Source: an uncultured SAR86 cluster bacterium (GTDB lineage: Bacteria > Pseudomonadota > Gammaproteobacteria > Magnimaribacterales > AG-339-G14). From it: a stretch of 64,000 bases of DNA. The stretch is from assembly GCA_902632605.1 (NCBI GenBank), contig CACPDB010000003.1, positions 66,342-130,341 on the forward strand, in the 5' to 3' direction. A model generated the notes under the pieces. It was not told the DNA's origin, made no database searches, and saw only the letters and a program-made list of their open reading frames with translations. Within the stretch, counting starts at the first letter, position 1. Each line of letters opens with the position of its first letter. Positions 20,434-29,943 of the stretch are shown piece after piece. The translations under genes were made by a program, and so were the position numbers.

Positions 20434-22222
20434 AAAAATATTATTCAATAAAAGTACAGATTTTCCAGAGTTACCAGGAGTATATAAATTTTATAATTCA
20501 AAAAATGAAATAATTTACATTGGAAAAGCAAAAAATATCAAAAAGAGAGTCAAAAGTTATTTTCAATTAAGAAAAGGGGAAGGTAAAAGGATAGCTAAAC
20601 TTAAATCTTCAATAAAATATGTTGAAACAATTATTACAAAAACAGAATCTGATGCTTTGATTTTAGAACAAGGTCTAATTTCAAAAAAAAGACCACAATT
20701 CAATATTCAATTTAGAGATGATAAGTCTTATCCAGCAATTCATTTATCTACTTCTAAAGACTTTCCAGCAATTTATGTTTCTAGACAAAAAGACTCCAGC
20801 AACACACTATTTGGACCTTTTGCCAATGTTGGAGCTATGAGGATCAATGTCAGCTTGATTAGGTCTTTATTTAAAATTAGGAATTGTAAAGATATTAATT
20901 TTAAAAATAGATCTCGTCCTTGTATTGAGTATCAAATGAATAGATGTTCAGCCCCATGTGTAGGAAATATTTCTAAGGAAGATTATGCATTTGACGTAAA
21001 AAATGCCATAAATTTTCTTTCAGGAGATACAGCAAATGTAATTTTAGAACTCCAAAAAAAAATGGATTTTTATTCTAAAAATAAAGATTACGAAAGAGCA
21101 GCTATATATAGAGATAAAGTCCAATCCATTAGAGATACTCAAAAAAAACAAAATGTATTAACAGGATTTAATGATTTAGATGTTTTTGTAATAAAAAGAA
21201 ATAAATTCAATTGTTGTATTAGCGTCCTTAGGATTGAAGATGGGTGGATTACAAGTTCTCAAAATTTCTACCCGGATTCTAAAGATAATATATCTGACCA
21301 AGAGCTTTTGTCAGTTTTCTTAGAAAGTTATGTCATTGATAACAAAGACAGAAAAAAAATTAATTTACTCTTCCAGGAACAAATCTTGAAAGAAACGAAA
21401 GATTTTTTATTTGATTTATCTTCTCCTGAAGTCATTACTCACAAAGCTAATAAGCAAAATAAAAATTTAATTGATATCTGTTCTTCTCAGGCTGAAGATG
21501 CCTTATCAAGAAATAATAATTTTTCTTGGGTTAATATCAGTTTAGAGTCTTTAGCAAATTTTTTACAAATGGAAGTTATTAATAAAATAGAAGGTTTTGA
21601 TATTAGTCATACTTCAGGAAAAAATGTTTCAGCTTCCTGCGTATCAATTACAAAGGATGGACCCAATAAAAAAAATTACAGAATTATGAATATTAAAAAA
21701 GATTCTAATAATGATTACTTAGCACTTAGTGAGGCGATTCAAAGAAGATGTAAAAATTTACAAAAAAATGGTTTAAGCCTACCTGAAGTAATTTTGATTG
21801 ATGGAGGTAAAGGCCAGCTAAATACTGTTAAGAAGTATTTTGACGAAAAATTTTTAGAAAATATAAAATTTATTTCCGTTTCAAAGGGACCTAATAGAAA
21901 TGAAAAGTATGATGTTTTGCATGACGGTAAAAATAGCCACGAATTAAATAACTTTAAAGAGATATCGAAGCTTCTTCAACTTGTAAGAAATGAATCACAT
22001 CGATTTGCAATCAACCATCATAGAAAAAGAAGATCTAAAGATTTATTTTCTTCTAGCTTAGATGGAATTGATGGATTAGGTCCTAAATTAAAATTGAATT
22101 TAATTAGATTTTTCGGAGGTATGGACAAAGTTATTGAAGCTTCATTAGATGATTTAAAATCGGTACCTGGAATAGGAGAAGAAAAAGCTAAGAAAATTTA
22201 TTCTTACCTTAATAATAATTAA
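20405..22222 (+). CDS. uvrC: Excinuclease ABC subunit C (ATG at 20405 or 20369)
   Basis: PGVY, YIGKAKN, DDKSYP, C..PC, FDISH, IDGGKGQ, HhH motifs. Confidence 0.96.
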   Translation: MEKQAQFTNKKILFNKSTDFPELPGVYKFYNSKNEIIYIGKAKNIKKRVKSYFQLRKGEGKRIAKLKSSIKYVETIITKTESDALILEQGLISKKRPQFNIQFRDDKSYPAIHLSTSKDFPAIYVSRQKDSSNTLFGPFANVGAMRINVSLIRSLFKIRNCKDINFKNRSRPCIEYQMNRCSAPCVGNISKEDYAFDVKNAINFLSGDTANVILELQKKMDFYSKNKDYERAAIYRDKVQSIRDTQKKQNVLTGFNDLDVFVIKRNKFNCCISVLRIEDGWITSSQNFYPDSKDNISDQELLSVFLESYVIDNKDRKKINLLFQEQILKETKDFLFDLSSPEVITHKANKQNKNLIDICSSQAEDALSRNNNFSWVNISLESLANFLQMEVINKIEGFDISHTSGKNVSASCVSITKDGPNKKNYRIMNIKKDSNNDYLALSEAIQRRCKNLQKNGLSLPEVILIDGGKGQLNTVKKYFDEKFLENIKFISVSKGPNRNEKYDVLHDGKNSHELNNFKEISKLLQLVRNESHRFAINHHRKRRSKDLFSSSLDGIDGLGPKLKLNLIRFFGGMDKVIEASLDDLKSVPGIGEEKAKKIYSYLNNN

Positions 22223-22223
22223 A

Positions 22224-22751
22224 ATGAACCTTCCAAACATATTATCCATTTCAAGAATCTTTCTTTTATTTCCGATAATTTTTCTGTTTGAATTCGAATT
22301 CTATTTTGTTTCATTGGGCATATTTATAGTTGCTTCTATCACTGATTATTTAGATGGTTATTTTGCTCGTAAGAACAATCAAACTTCAAATATTGGAGCT
22401 TTGTTAGATCTTTTAGCTGATAAAGTGTTTGTTTCTACACTATTGATATGGATGACTTTTAATTTTGAAAGTTTGTTAATCTTAATTTCTTCAATTCTTA
22501 TAGTATCTAGAGAAATTTCTATTAGCTATTTGAGACTTTTTATTGTTTCTCAATCAAAATACATGGACGAGATTAAATCAGATTTGATTGGAAAATATAA
22601 AACTACCTTCCAAATGTTAGGATTAGGATTTTTATTAATTTCTCCCATTTTATCTAGTATCTTTTTCAATGTTAGTTTAGGTTTGATTTTTTTCAGCGCT
22701 TTAATGTCTTGGTATTCTTTAGCAAGGTATTTAAAAAAATGGATTGTTTAA
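22224..22751 (+). CDS. pgsA: Phosphatidylglycerophosphate synthase
   Basis: MNLPN.LS..R, TDYLDGYFAR, LD..ADK, GKYKT. Confidence 0.95.
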   Translation: MNLPNILSISRIFLLFPIIFLFEFEFYFVSLGIFIVASITDYLDGYFARKNNQTSNIGALLDLLADKVFVSTLLIWMTFNFESLLILISSILIVSREISISYLRLFIVSQSKYMDEIKSDLIGKYKTTFQMLGLGFLLISPILSSIFFNVSLGLIFFSALMSWYSLARYLKKWIV

Positions 22752-22775
22752 ACTAAATATATACAATAGCATTTC

Positions 22776-22849
22776 GGCTGAGTGGCAGAGTGGTCATGCA
22801 GCGGATTGCAAATCCGTCTACGCCGGTTCGATTCCGACCTCAGCCTCCA
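22776..22849 (+). tRNA. tRNA-Cys (GCA)
   Basis: GGCTGAG...CTCAGCC acceptor stem, anticodon arm GCGGA-TTGCAAA-TCCGT, TTCGATT loop, encoded CCA. Confidence 0.97.
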
Positions 22850-22916
22850 TTTTATTGCTGTTAATGAAACTATAAGAGCAATATAATATCTTTTTTTGCA
22901 TAATGTTAATGAATTT

Positions 22917-23003
22917 GCCCAGGTGGTGGAATTGGTAGACACAAGGGACTTAAAATCCCTCGAAGGCGACTTCGTGCCGGTTCAAGTCCGGCCCTGGGTA
23001 CCA
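22917..23003 (+). tRNA. tRNA-Leu (TAA)
   Basis: GCCCAGG...CCTGGGT acceptor stem, AGGGA-CTTAAAA-TCCCT anticodon arm, long variable arm, CCA. Confidence 0.97.
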
Positions 23004-23009
23004 CACTAA

Positions 23010-23948
23010 ATGACTGACTTAAACACAAATAAATCTTCAAACGATCAAATTGTTGAGGATGAAATTAATTTGCAAGAAATTGCTTCTGTTATTTGGTTAA
23101 GAAAGTATTTATTGCTTGCAGTTTCTTTTACGTTCTCTTTATTATCAGTTTTTTATTCATTACTTCTTCCGAATTACTATCAATCCGAGTCTATCTTGGT
23201 ATCGACAGATAAAAACAATTCTTCCCCTTTGGGTCAATATGCTGATCTTGCATCTTTAGCTGGACTATCTTTAAATGCTGGAGGTGAGAATGAAGTCTTT
23301 GAAACTATTGAACTTATCAAGTCAAGGGAGTTTGTAAAGCATATTCTAACTTTTCCCGACGTCTTACCATCAATCATGGCTGCTAAAGAATTTAGGAAAG
23401 ATACAAATGAATTAATTTATAAATCCGACATTTATGACCAATCGAGTAATGAATGGAAAGGAAATTCATTTAGATATGGTAAAAGCAAACCTTCATATCT
23501 AGAAGTTCACAAGATTTATTTATCTCAGCTTAATATTTTCCAGGATAAAAAAACTAATTTTATATCTATGAGTTTTGAACATATTTCACCAATTTTTGCT
23601 AAAGATTTTTTAAGTCTTGTTATCAGCGAAGCAAATAGTATTAAAAGACAAAGAGATTTGGATACAACCAATAATGCATTAAAATTTCTGACGGAAGAAT
23701 TCAAGAGAACTTCTTTAAAGGAAATTAGGATATCGATACAAAACCTTATAGAAAGTCAGTTAGAAACACAAATGCTTGCTAAGGTTAATGACGAATATAG
23801 TTTATCAATCTTAGAACCTCCTTTTGTTCCTGAGTTAAAATCAAGACCACAAAGATCCGTGATTGTAATTATCTCAACTTTTCTAGGCTTTTTGATGACA
23901 GTATTTTGTATACTTGTTTATCATTTTTTTTGGACTAAGAATAAATAA
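23010..23948 (+). CDS. wzz: Wzz-family polysaccharide chain-length determinant
   Basis: DEINL N-terminus, two TM segments, Pro-rich PPFVPELKSRP before the C-terminal TM. Confidence 0.85.
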   Translation: MTDLNTNKSSNDQIVEDEINLQEIASVIWLRKYLLLAVSFTFSLLSVFYSLLLPNYYQSESILVSTDKNNSSPLGQYADLASLAGLSLNAGGENEVFETIELIKSREFVKHILTFPDVLPSIMAAKEFRKDTNELIYKSDIYDQSSNEWKGNSFRYGKSKPSYLEVHKIYLSQLNIFQDKKTNFISMSFEHISPIFAKDFLSLVISEANSIKRQRDLDTTNNALKFLTEEFKRTSLKEIRISIQNLIESQLETQMLAKVNDEYSLSILEPPFVPELKSRPQRSVIVIISTFLGFLMTVFCILVYHFFWTKNK

Positions 23949-23970
23949 ATCCATTTCACTATAAATATTT

Positions 23971-24555
23971 ATGTCAGTTTTAGAAAATAAAATTCTTAAG
24001 AGAGCAAAGCTCTTAAAAACCAATGCAAGCTTACTTGAAACTAAAATTAAAGATATCTCAAAACTAGTTTCATCTGTAATAAAAAATAATGGAAAACTCA
24101 TGTTTTGTGGAAATGGCGGAAGCGCAGCAGAGTGTCAGCACATGTCAGCTGAATATTGTGCTACGTTAGATCATAAGAGGCCTAGACCCGGAATAGCATC
24201 AATATCTTTAACTACTGATTCATCCTTTCTAACAGCATGGACCAATGATTTCGGATATAAAGATATTTTTTCAAGGCAAGTTGAGGCCCTTGGAAAAAAA
24301 GGAGATTTACTTTTTTGTTATTCAACAAGTGGAAATAGTGAAAACGTTATAAACGCAGCAAAAACAGCTAAAAGGAAGGAAATAATAGTAATTGGCTTTA
24401 CTGGCAACCATAGAGCTACTAAATTAGAAAAATACTGCGATAAAGTATTTAAATCACCAAGTAAAGAAACACCCATTATTCAGGAATTTCATTCCTTGGT
24501 AGGACATGAAATTTGTTCTGAAGTTGAGAGCAAGCTATTTTTTAAAACCAAATGA
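23971..24555 (+). CDS. gmhA: Phosphoheptose isomerase (SIS domain)
   Basis: CGNGGSAA..QH..AE, NDFGY, FSRQV, STSGNS, IQE.H...H. Confidence 0.88.
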   Translation: MSVLENKILKRAKLLKTNASLLETKIKDISKLVSSVIKNNGKLMFCGNGGSAAECQHMSAEYCATLDHKRPRPGIASISLTTDSSFLTAWTNDFGYKDIFSRQVEALGKKGDLLFCYSTSGNSENVINAAKTAKRKEIIVIGFTGNHRATKLEKYCDKVFKSPSKETPIIQEFHSLVGHEICSEVESKLFFKTK

Positions 24556-25019
24556 AATATAAATTAATTGTTTATGATTTCGATGGAGTTATGACAAATA
24601 ATCAAGTTATCCTATCTGAAGATGGAAAGGAAAGTGTAATACTCAATAGGAGCGATGGTCTTGCAATATCTCTCATAAAAAAATTAAAAATAAATCAATG
24701 CATAGTTTCTTCAGAAACAAATCCTGTCGTTTCTAAAAGAGCAGAAAAGCTTGGAATAAGAACTTTCCAAAGCGTTTTCAATAAGTTAGAAACTATTAAA
24801 GCTTTATTAGAAGAAAATGATTTAAATCCCTCAGAAGTTGCCTTTATTGGAAACGATCTTAATGACTTAGAGGTTATAGAATTTCTTCCCCACTCATTCT
24901 GCCCAAAGGACTCCAACAAAAAAATCCTCGAATCGTCAACTTTTGTGCTCAATAAAAAGGGTGGAAAGGGTGTTATTATGGCCTTTTATGAGCACATAAT
25001 GGAGAATTCCTTTGGATAG
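24552..25019 (+). CDS. KdsC/KDN-9-phosphate-phosphatase-like HAD phosphatase
   Basis: DFDGVMT, SDG, GNDLND, GG.G motifs. Confidence 0.85.
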   Translation: MKYKLIVYDFDGVMTNNQVILSEDGKESVILNRSDGLAISLIKKLKINQCIVSSETNPVVSKRAEKLGIRTFQSVFNKLETIKALLEENDLNPSEVAFIGNDLNDLEVIEFLPHSFCPKDSNKKILESSTFVLNKKGGKGVIMAFYEHIMENSFG

Positions 25020-25845
25020 AATTTTTATAATTGGCGAGATCGGCATCAATCACAATGGGGATGTTGATATTGCCAAGCAATTAATAGATATTTCTGTTGA
25101 TGCGGGAGCAGATGCAGTTAAATTTCAAAAAAGGACTATAGATAAAGTTTATTCAACAGAAACTCTTGATGGTCCCAGGGAGAGTCCCTGGGGTAATACA
25201 CAAAGAGACCAAAAAGAGGGGTTAGAATTTGGTTTATCTGAATATCAGGAAATTGATAAGTACTGTAAATCTAAAAAAATAGAGTGGTTTGCCTCCGCAT
25301 GGGACTTAGAGAGTCAATTTTTTTTGAGACAATTTAACTGTAAGTATAATAAAGTCGCTTCTGCAATGATTGTATATGAAAATCTTTTAAGCGAAATAGC
25401 CTCAGAAGGCAAACATACTTTTATTTCAACCGGAATGGCTAAGATAGAAGATATTGATAAAGCGGTAGAAATCTTTCAAGAAAAAAAATGTCCTTTTGAA
25501 TTGATGCATACTGTTTCGACATATCCTATGAAAGATAGTGATGCAAACTTAAACATGATTACTACTTTAAAAGAACGATACTCATGCAGCGTTGGCTATA
25601 GCGGCCATGAGTCAGGCGTTGCTGTATCTGTAGCTGCTTGTGCCTTAGGTATCTCATCTCTAGAAAGACATATTACTTTGGATAGATCTATGTATGGATC
25701 TGATCAAGCTGCATCTTTGGAGCCTCAGGGCTGGAGAAACCTTATTGGGTCTGTTAGAAAAATCCCAGAGGCAATGGGAGATGGCATAAAGAGAATTCTG
25801 GATGAGGAGTTTCTCATTGCTAAAAAATTAAGAGAGCATCTTTAA
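25012..25845 (+). CDS. NeuB-family PEP-dependent ulosonic acid synthase lacking the SAF domain (TTG start)
   Basis: EIGINHNGD, KFQKR, STG, STYP, GYSGHE, ERHITLDR; ends at 277 aa. Confidence 0.92.
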   Translation: MDRIFIIGEIGINHNGDVDIAKQLIDISVDAGADAVKFQKRTIDKVYSTETLDGPRESPWGNTQRDQKEGLEFGLSEYQEIDKYCKSKKIEWFASAWDLESQFFLRQFNCKYNKVASAMIVYENLLSEIASEGKHTFISTGMAKIEDIDKAVEIFQEKKCPFELMHTVSTYPMKDSDANLNMITTLKERYSCSVGYSGHESGVAVSVAACALGISSLERHITLDRSMYGSDQAASLEPQGWRNLIGSVRKIPEAMGDGIKRILDEEFLIAKKLREHL

Positions 25846-25876
25846 GATTTTTCAACCTTATTAAATTAGCTTTGAA

Positions 25877-26614
25877 ATGAAAATCGTAGCTATCATTCCT
25901 GCAAGAAGTGGTTCTGAAGGTATTAAAAATAAAAACTTAGTCTTACTGGATAATCATCCTTTAATTGCTTACAGCATAGTTTTGGCAAAAGCGGTTCCCC
26001 AAATAGATAGAGTCATTGTTTCAACTGATTCAAAACGCTATGCAGAAATTTCCAAAAAATTTGGAGCAGAAGTTCCATTCTTAAGACCTGCTAAACTCTC
26101 TGGTAACAAATCATCTGATTATGATTTTATGCTTCATGCGGTAAAATGGTTCGAGAAAAACAGTAAGCCACCTGAATATTTTGTTCATCTTAGACCTACT
26201 ACTCCACTCAGAGATCCATCGATAGTAAAAAAAGCCATAGACCTTATGATTTCAAACAAAGAAGCTACAGCTTTAAGATCTTGTCACCTTGCTCCTGAGT
26301 CGCCATTTAAATGGTTTAGAATCAATAAAAAAGGATTTTTTACTAGTTTGTCAGGTAAAGATACAAATCTTGATGAATACAATGGTCCAAGACAAAATTA
26401 CCCAGACGTATTTATCCCTAATGGATATGTTGACATCGTTAAAAGTTCCGTAATAAAAGAACAAAAACTTTTGCATGGAAACAAAGTTTTGGCTTTTCAA
26501 ACACCCTTTTGTAACGAAGTAGATACGTTAGAAGAACTGGAACTGATTAAGTATCAACTAGAAACAAATGGTAGTAAATTAACAAAAAAACTTAATTTGA
26601 TCACAAAAAAATGA
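25877..26614 (+). CDS. Acylneuraminate-type cytidylyltransferase (NeuA family)
   Basis: IIPARSGS.GI.NKN, VSTDS, PFLRP, LRPTTPLR. Confidence 0.92.
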   Translation: MKIVAIIPARSGSEGIKNKNLVLLDNHPLIAYSIVLAKAVPQIDRVIVSTDSKRYAEISKKFGAEVPFLRPAKLSGNKSSDYDFMLHAVKWFEKNSKPPEYFVHLRPTTPLRDPSIVKKAIDLMISNKEATALRSCHLAPESPFKWFRINKKGFFTSLSGKDTNLDEYNGPRQNYPDVFIPNGYVDIVKSSVIKEQKLLHGNKVLAFQTPFCNEVDTLEELELIKYQLETNGSKLTKKLNLITKK

Positions 26615-27993
26615 GCGGATTTAATTTTAATCATAAGCCAGTAAAGGTTCCTCAAGTTAATAGCAAATTTAGAAAAATAGTTACAGATATTCCTGTACCT
26701 GAAGATCTTGAAATTCTTAAAAATGCTTATAAATTAGAATCTAGATCAATGCATGGTCAACTTCCGATTGTGTGGAGTAAAGCTGAAGACTTTCAAATCT
26801 ATGATTCCCATGGAAATTGTTGGCTTGACTTCACAAGTACAATTTTTGTCTCCAATGCAGGTCATGGAAATAGAAGAATCTTAGATGCTGTAAAAAGAGT
26901 TATAGATAAACCACTTATACATAGTTATACCTACCTTACTAAAGAAAGAAATGATTATCTAAAACTTTTGATAGAAAAAACACCGGAACAATTTGAAAAA
27001 GCTTTTCTTCTTTCAGCAGGAACAGAGGCTACAGAGTGCGCTCTCAAACTCATGCGCGAAAAAGGAATCAAAGATGGCAAAAGAAAAGGAGGAATAGTTT
27101 GTATTGAGGGAAACTGGCACGGAAGAACTTTGGGAGCACAAATGATGAGTTGGAATCCTCAACAGAAGGATTGGATTGGATATCATGACCCTAATATTTA
27201 TCACATACCTTTTCCTTATCCATGGGATGATGAAGCAATGTCTAAACCTGAAAAATTCTTTGAAGACTCAATTAAAAACTTATGTAAATCAAAAAACTTA
27301 GATCCTGAAAAAGACATTTGTGGTTTTATGCTAGAAACTTTTCAAGGATGGGGGTCTATTTTTTATCCAAAAGATTTTGTTAAAGCTATTTCTAATTATG
27401 GAAAAAGGAATGGAATCCTTCTGACTTTTGATGAAATGCAATCAGGCTTCGGAAGAACAGGAGAATTATTTGGCTATATGCATTACGATGTAGAACCAGA
27501 TTTAATTTGTTGTGGAAAAGGAGCAAGTTCGGGCTTTCCATTATCTCTTGTCTTAGGCTCTGCAGAAGTTCTAGATATTCCTGAAATTGGCTCAATGAGT
27601 TCAACTCATTCAGCAAACCCAATCGTATGTGCAGCGGGCAAAGCAAATTTAGAGTGTTTATTTGATGATGGACTTTTAGATAATTCAAAAATGCTGGGAG
27701 AAGTATTTATAGATAATTTAAATAGAATTAAACAAAGGTTCGGAAATCATATTAGTGATGTGCAAGGCAAAGGTCTCATTGGAGCTTTGATTTTTAATGA
27801 TGAAAACAGGACTCCTTTGGTTTCAATTTGCGATCAGGTTTCAGAACTATGTCTCCAGAGAGGCTTGCTTGTTGTGCATACTGGGAGAGAATCTATAAAG
27901 TTAGCTCCGCCCTTATCAATTACAGAGGAAGCTATGCTAGAGGGAATAAATGTTTTAGAACAGTCAATATATGACGTCATTTCAAAATTATGA
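26611..27993 (+). CDS. Class III PLP aminotransferase
   Basis: GHG, GTEATE, WHGRT, FDEMQSGFGRTG, CGKG. Confidence 0.92.
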   Translation: MSGFNFNHKPVKVPQVNSKFRKIVTDIPVPEDLEILKNAYKLESRSMHGQLPIVWSKAEDFQIYDSHGNCWLDFTSTIFVSNAGHGNRRILDAVKRVIDKPLIHSYTYLTKERNDYLKLLIEKTPEQFEKAFLLSAGTEATECALKLMREKGIKDGKRKGGIVCIEGNWHGRTLGAQMMSWNPQQKDWIGYHDPNIYHIPFPYPWDDEAMSKPEKFFEDSIKNLCKSKNLDPEKDICGFMLETFQGWGSIFYPKDFVKAISNYGKRNGILLTFDEMQSGFGRTGELFGYMHYDVEPDLICCGKGASSGFPLSLVLGSAEVLDIPEIGSMSSTHSANPIVCAAGKANLECLFDDGLLDNSKMLGEVFIDNLNRIKQRFGNHISDVQGKGLIGALIFNDENRTPLVSICDQVSELCLQRGLLVVHTGRESIKLAPPLSITEEAMLEGINVLEQSIYDVISKL

Positions 27994-28424
27994 TTCTTAA
28001 TACACGTCATGTTGGTTTGGTGGTAGAAGATATTGAGAAGTCTATAAAGTTCTATCAAGCTTTAGGGCTTACTGTTTGGAAAAGACAAATTGAATCAGGA
28101 GGTTTTATATCTACTGTAGTAGGTATAGATAATGTTGAGATTGAAACGGCTAAATTAAAAGTTTCTGATCAATCTATAATAGAGTTACTAGAATACAAGT
28201 CCCATAAAACAAAAAAAACAGCAGAATTCTATTCGTCAAACAAACATGGTTGTTCTCATGTTTCTTTTACTGTAGAAAATTTAGATGACATAGCGGGAAA
28301 AATAACTGAATTGGGAGGTTCTATTGTAAATTTACCATCCATTACAGACGATGGAGTATTTAAAGTCATGTATTGTCATGACTTAGATGGGATAATTATT
28401 GAGTTAGTTGAGGAATTGAAATAA
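27990..28424 (+). CDS. VOC (glyoxalase/epimerase-like) metalloprotein
   Basis: HVGLVVEDIE..IKFY, IELLEY, HVSF, D.DG..IELVE. Confidence 0.88.
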   Translation: MILNTRHVGLVVEDIEKSIKFYQALGLTVWKRQIESGGFISTVVGIDNVEIETAKLKVSDQSIIELLEYKSHKTKKTAEFYSSNKHGCSHVSFTVENLDDIAGKITELGGSIVNLPSITDDGVFKVMYCHDLDGIIIELVEELK

Positions 28425-29102
28425 ATGTCAAATTACTTAAAAGTTACCTATTCTAAAAAGAATCGACCTTATACTGATTATCCTCCAAAGTTAGTTAAAT
28501 TTTTATTTGATAAATTTTCATTAAAACCAGGTATGAAGATTTTAGAACCTGGTTGTGGCAGAGGAGAATTTTTAAAAATATTTAAGGATCTAGGATTGGA
28601 AGCTGTTGGTCTTGATATTTCAAACGAATTTGAAAAAGATTTTTCAAAAGATAGAATTAATTTAATTTTGGGCGATGTTGAAGACAAAAAAGGAATCCCT
28701 TTTCCAGATAATAGTTTCGATGTAATTTACAATAAAAGTTTTTTAGAACATCTCTCTAATCCAGATAAATTTTTGACTGAAGCATTTAGGATTTTAAAAC
28801 CTGGCGGTATTATTATCAGCTTAGTTCCCGACTGGGAATCAAATTATAAAACGTATTTTGACGATTTCACTCATAGAACTCCCTTTACAATGCCTTCTTT
28901 GAAAGACATATTAAAAATGACCAATTTTAGTGAAGTTGAAGTCAGTAAATTTAGACAACTGCCAATTGTTTGGAAATACCCTTTGCTTAATTATTTTTGT
29001 GCTTTTATAAGTCCTTTTATTCCAGTGAGAGTAAATAATAAGTTTTTAAGATGGTCTAGAGAGCTTATGTTGTTAAGCAGTGCAAGAAAAATTCTTAAAT
29101 AG
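28425..29102 (+). CDS. Class I SAM-dependent methyltransferase
   Basis: LEPGCGRG, DNSFD, LEH, LKPGG. Confidence 0.92.
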   Translation: MSNYLKVTYSKKNRPYTDYPPKLVKFLFDKFSLKPGMKILEPGCGRGEFLKIFKDLGLEAVGLDISNEFEKDFSKDRINLILGDVEDKKGIPFPDNSFDVIYNKSFLEHLSNPDKFLTEAFRILKPGGIIISLVPDWESNYKTYFDDFTHRTPFTMPSLKDILKMTNFSEVEVSKFRQLPIVWKYPLLNYFCAFISPFIPVRVNNKFLRWSRELMLLSSARKILK

Positions 29103-29103
29103 A

Positions 29104-29943
29104 ATGACAAAAAATATAGGGTTTATGCAAGGAAGGTTTTCTCCTATGGACGATGGAAAAATTCAATCTTTTCCATGGAAATACTGGCAAAATGAATTCG
29201 CTTTAGCATCAAAACATAACTTTGATTTGATTGAGTGGACAATAGACCAACATAAAATTATGCAAAATCCTTTAATGACTGAGGATGGCAGATATCAGAT
29301 CAAAAATTTATCAAATAAGTATAAGGTCAATATTCCTTCAGTGACTGGCGATTGCTTTATGCAATCTCCATTTTGGAAATTTTTTGGAGATGAAAAAAAA
29401 TCTAGAATAAATGATCTTTTAAGACTTGTTTTTGCTTGTTCAGATTTAGGAATAAGGATGATTGTCATCCCTCTTGTAGATGGAGGTTCTATAGAAAATA
29501 AAGACCAATTAAAATCATTATTGGATGTTTTAAATGAAATAGAACATAAGCTTAAAGATTTAGATTTAAAGATTCTTTTTGAATCAGATTTTAACCCTAA
29601 AGACTTAAAAAAATTTATAGACCAATTTAATCCAGAAGTATTTGGAATAAATTATGATATTGGTAATAGCGCATCGCTTGGCTACAATCACCAAGAAGAA
29701 TTACTATCTTATGGAAAGAATATTTATAATATCCATATTAAGGATAGGGTTTTAAATGGAGAAACTGTTCCTCTAGGAGAAGGACATGCTGACTTTTCTC
29801 TATTTTATAAAAGCTTAAGAGAAGTTAATTATTCAGGAAACTTTATTCTACAAACGGCTAGGTCAATAAATGGTGAACATGCCAAAGTATTAATAAAATA
29901 TAAGAAAATGACAGAGCTTTGCCTTAAAGAATATGGACTATAA
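29104..29943 (+). CDS. TIM-barrel sugar-phosphate isomerase/3-epimerase (xylose-isomerase-like/UlaE-like)
   Basis: IGFMQGR, E..D, YDIGN, HIKDR, G.G..DF. Confidence 0.8.
   Translation: MTKNIGFMQGRFSPMDDGKIQSFPWKYWQNEFALASKHNFDLIEWTIDQHKIMQNPLMTEDGRYQIKNLSNKYKVNIPSVTGDCFMQSPFWKFFGDEKKSRINDLLRLVFACSDLGIRMIVIPLVDGGSIENKDQLKSLLDVLNEIEHKLKDLDLKILFESDFNPKDLKKFIDQFNPEVFGINYDIGNSASLGYNHQEELLSYGKNIYNIHIKDRVLNGETVPLGEGHADFSLFYKSLREVNYSGNFILQTARSINGEHAKVLIKYKKMTELCLKEYGL

Noticed and set aside
22822-22838. C-A mismatch in the tRNA-Cys T-stem suggesting a pseudo-tRNA
   Set aside because: Rest of the cloverleaf and CCA are intact, and I recall the same feature in Pseudomonas tRNA-Cys
22748-22942. 64-aa minus-strand ORF
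   Set aside because: Antisense to tRNA-Cys and tRNA-Leu
24552-26614. Canonical Neu5Ac, legionaminic or pseudaminic acid pathway
   Set aside because: No NeuC, no LegB/PseB dehydratase, no DegT aminotransferase and no acetyltransferase in the window
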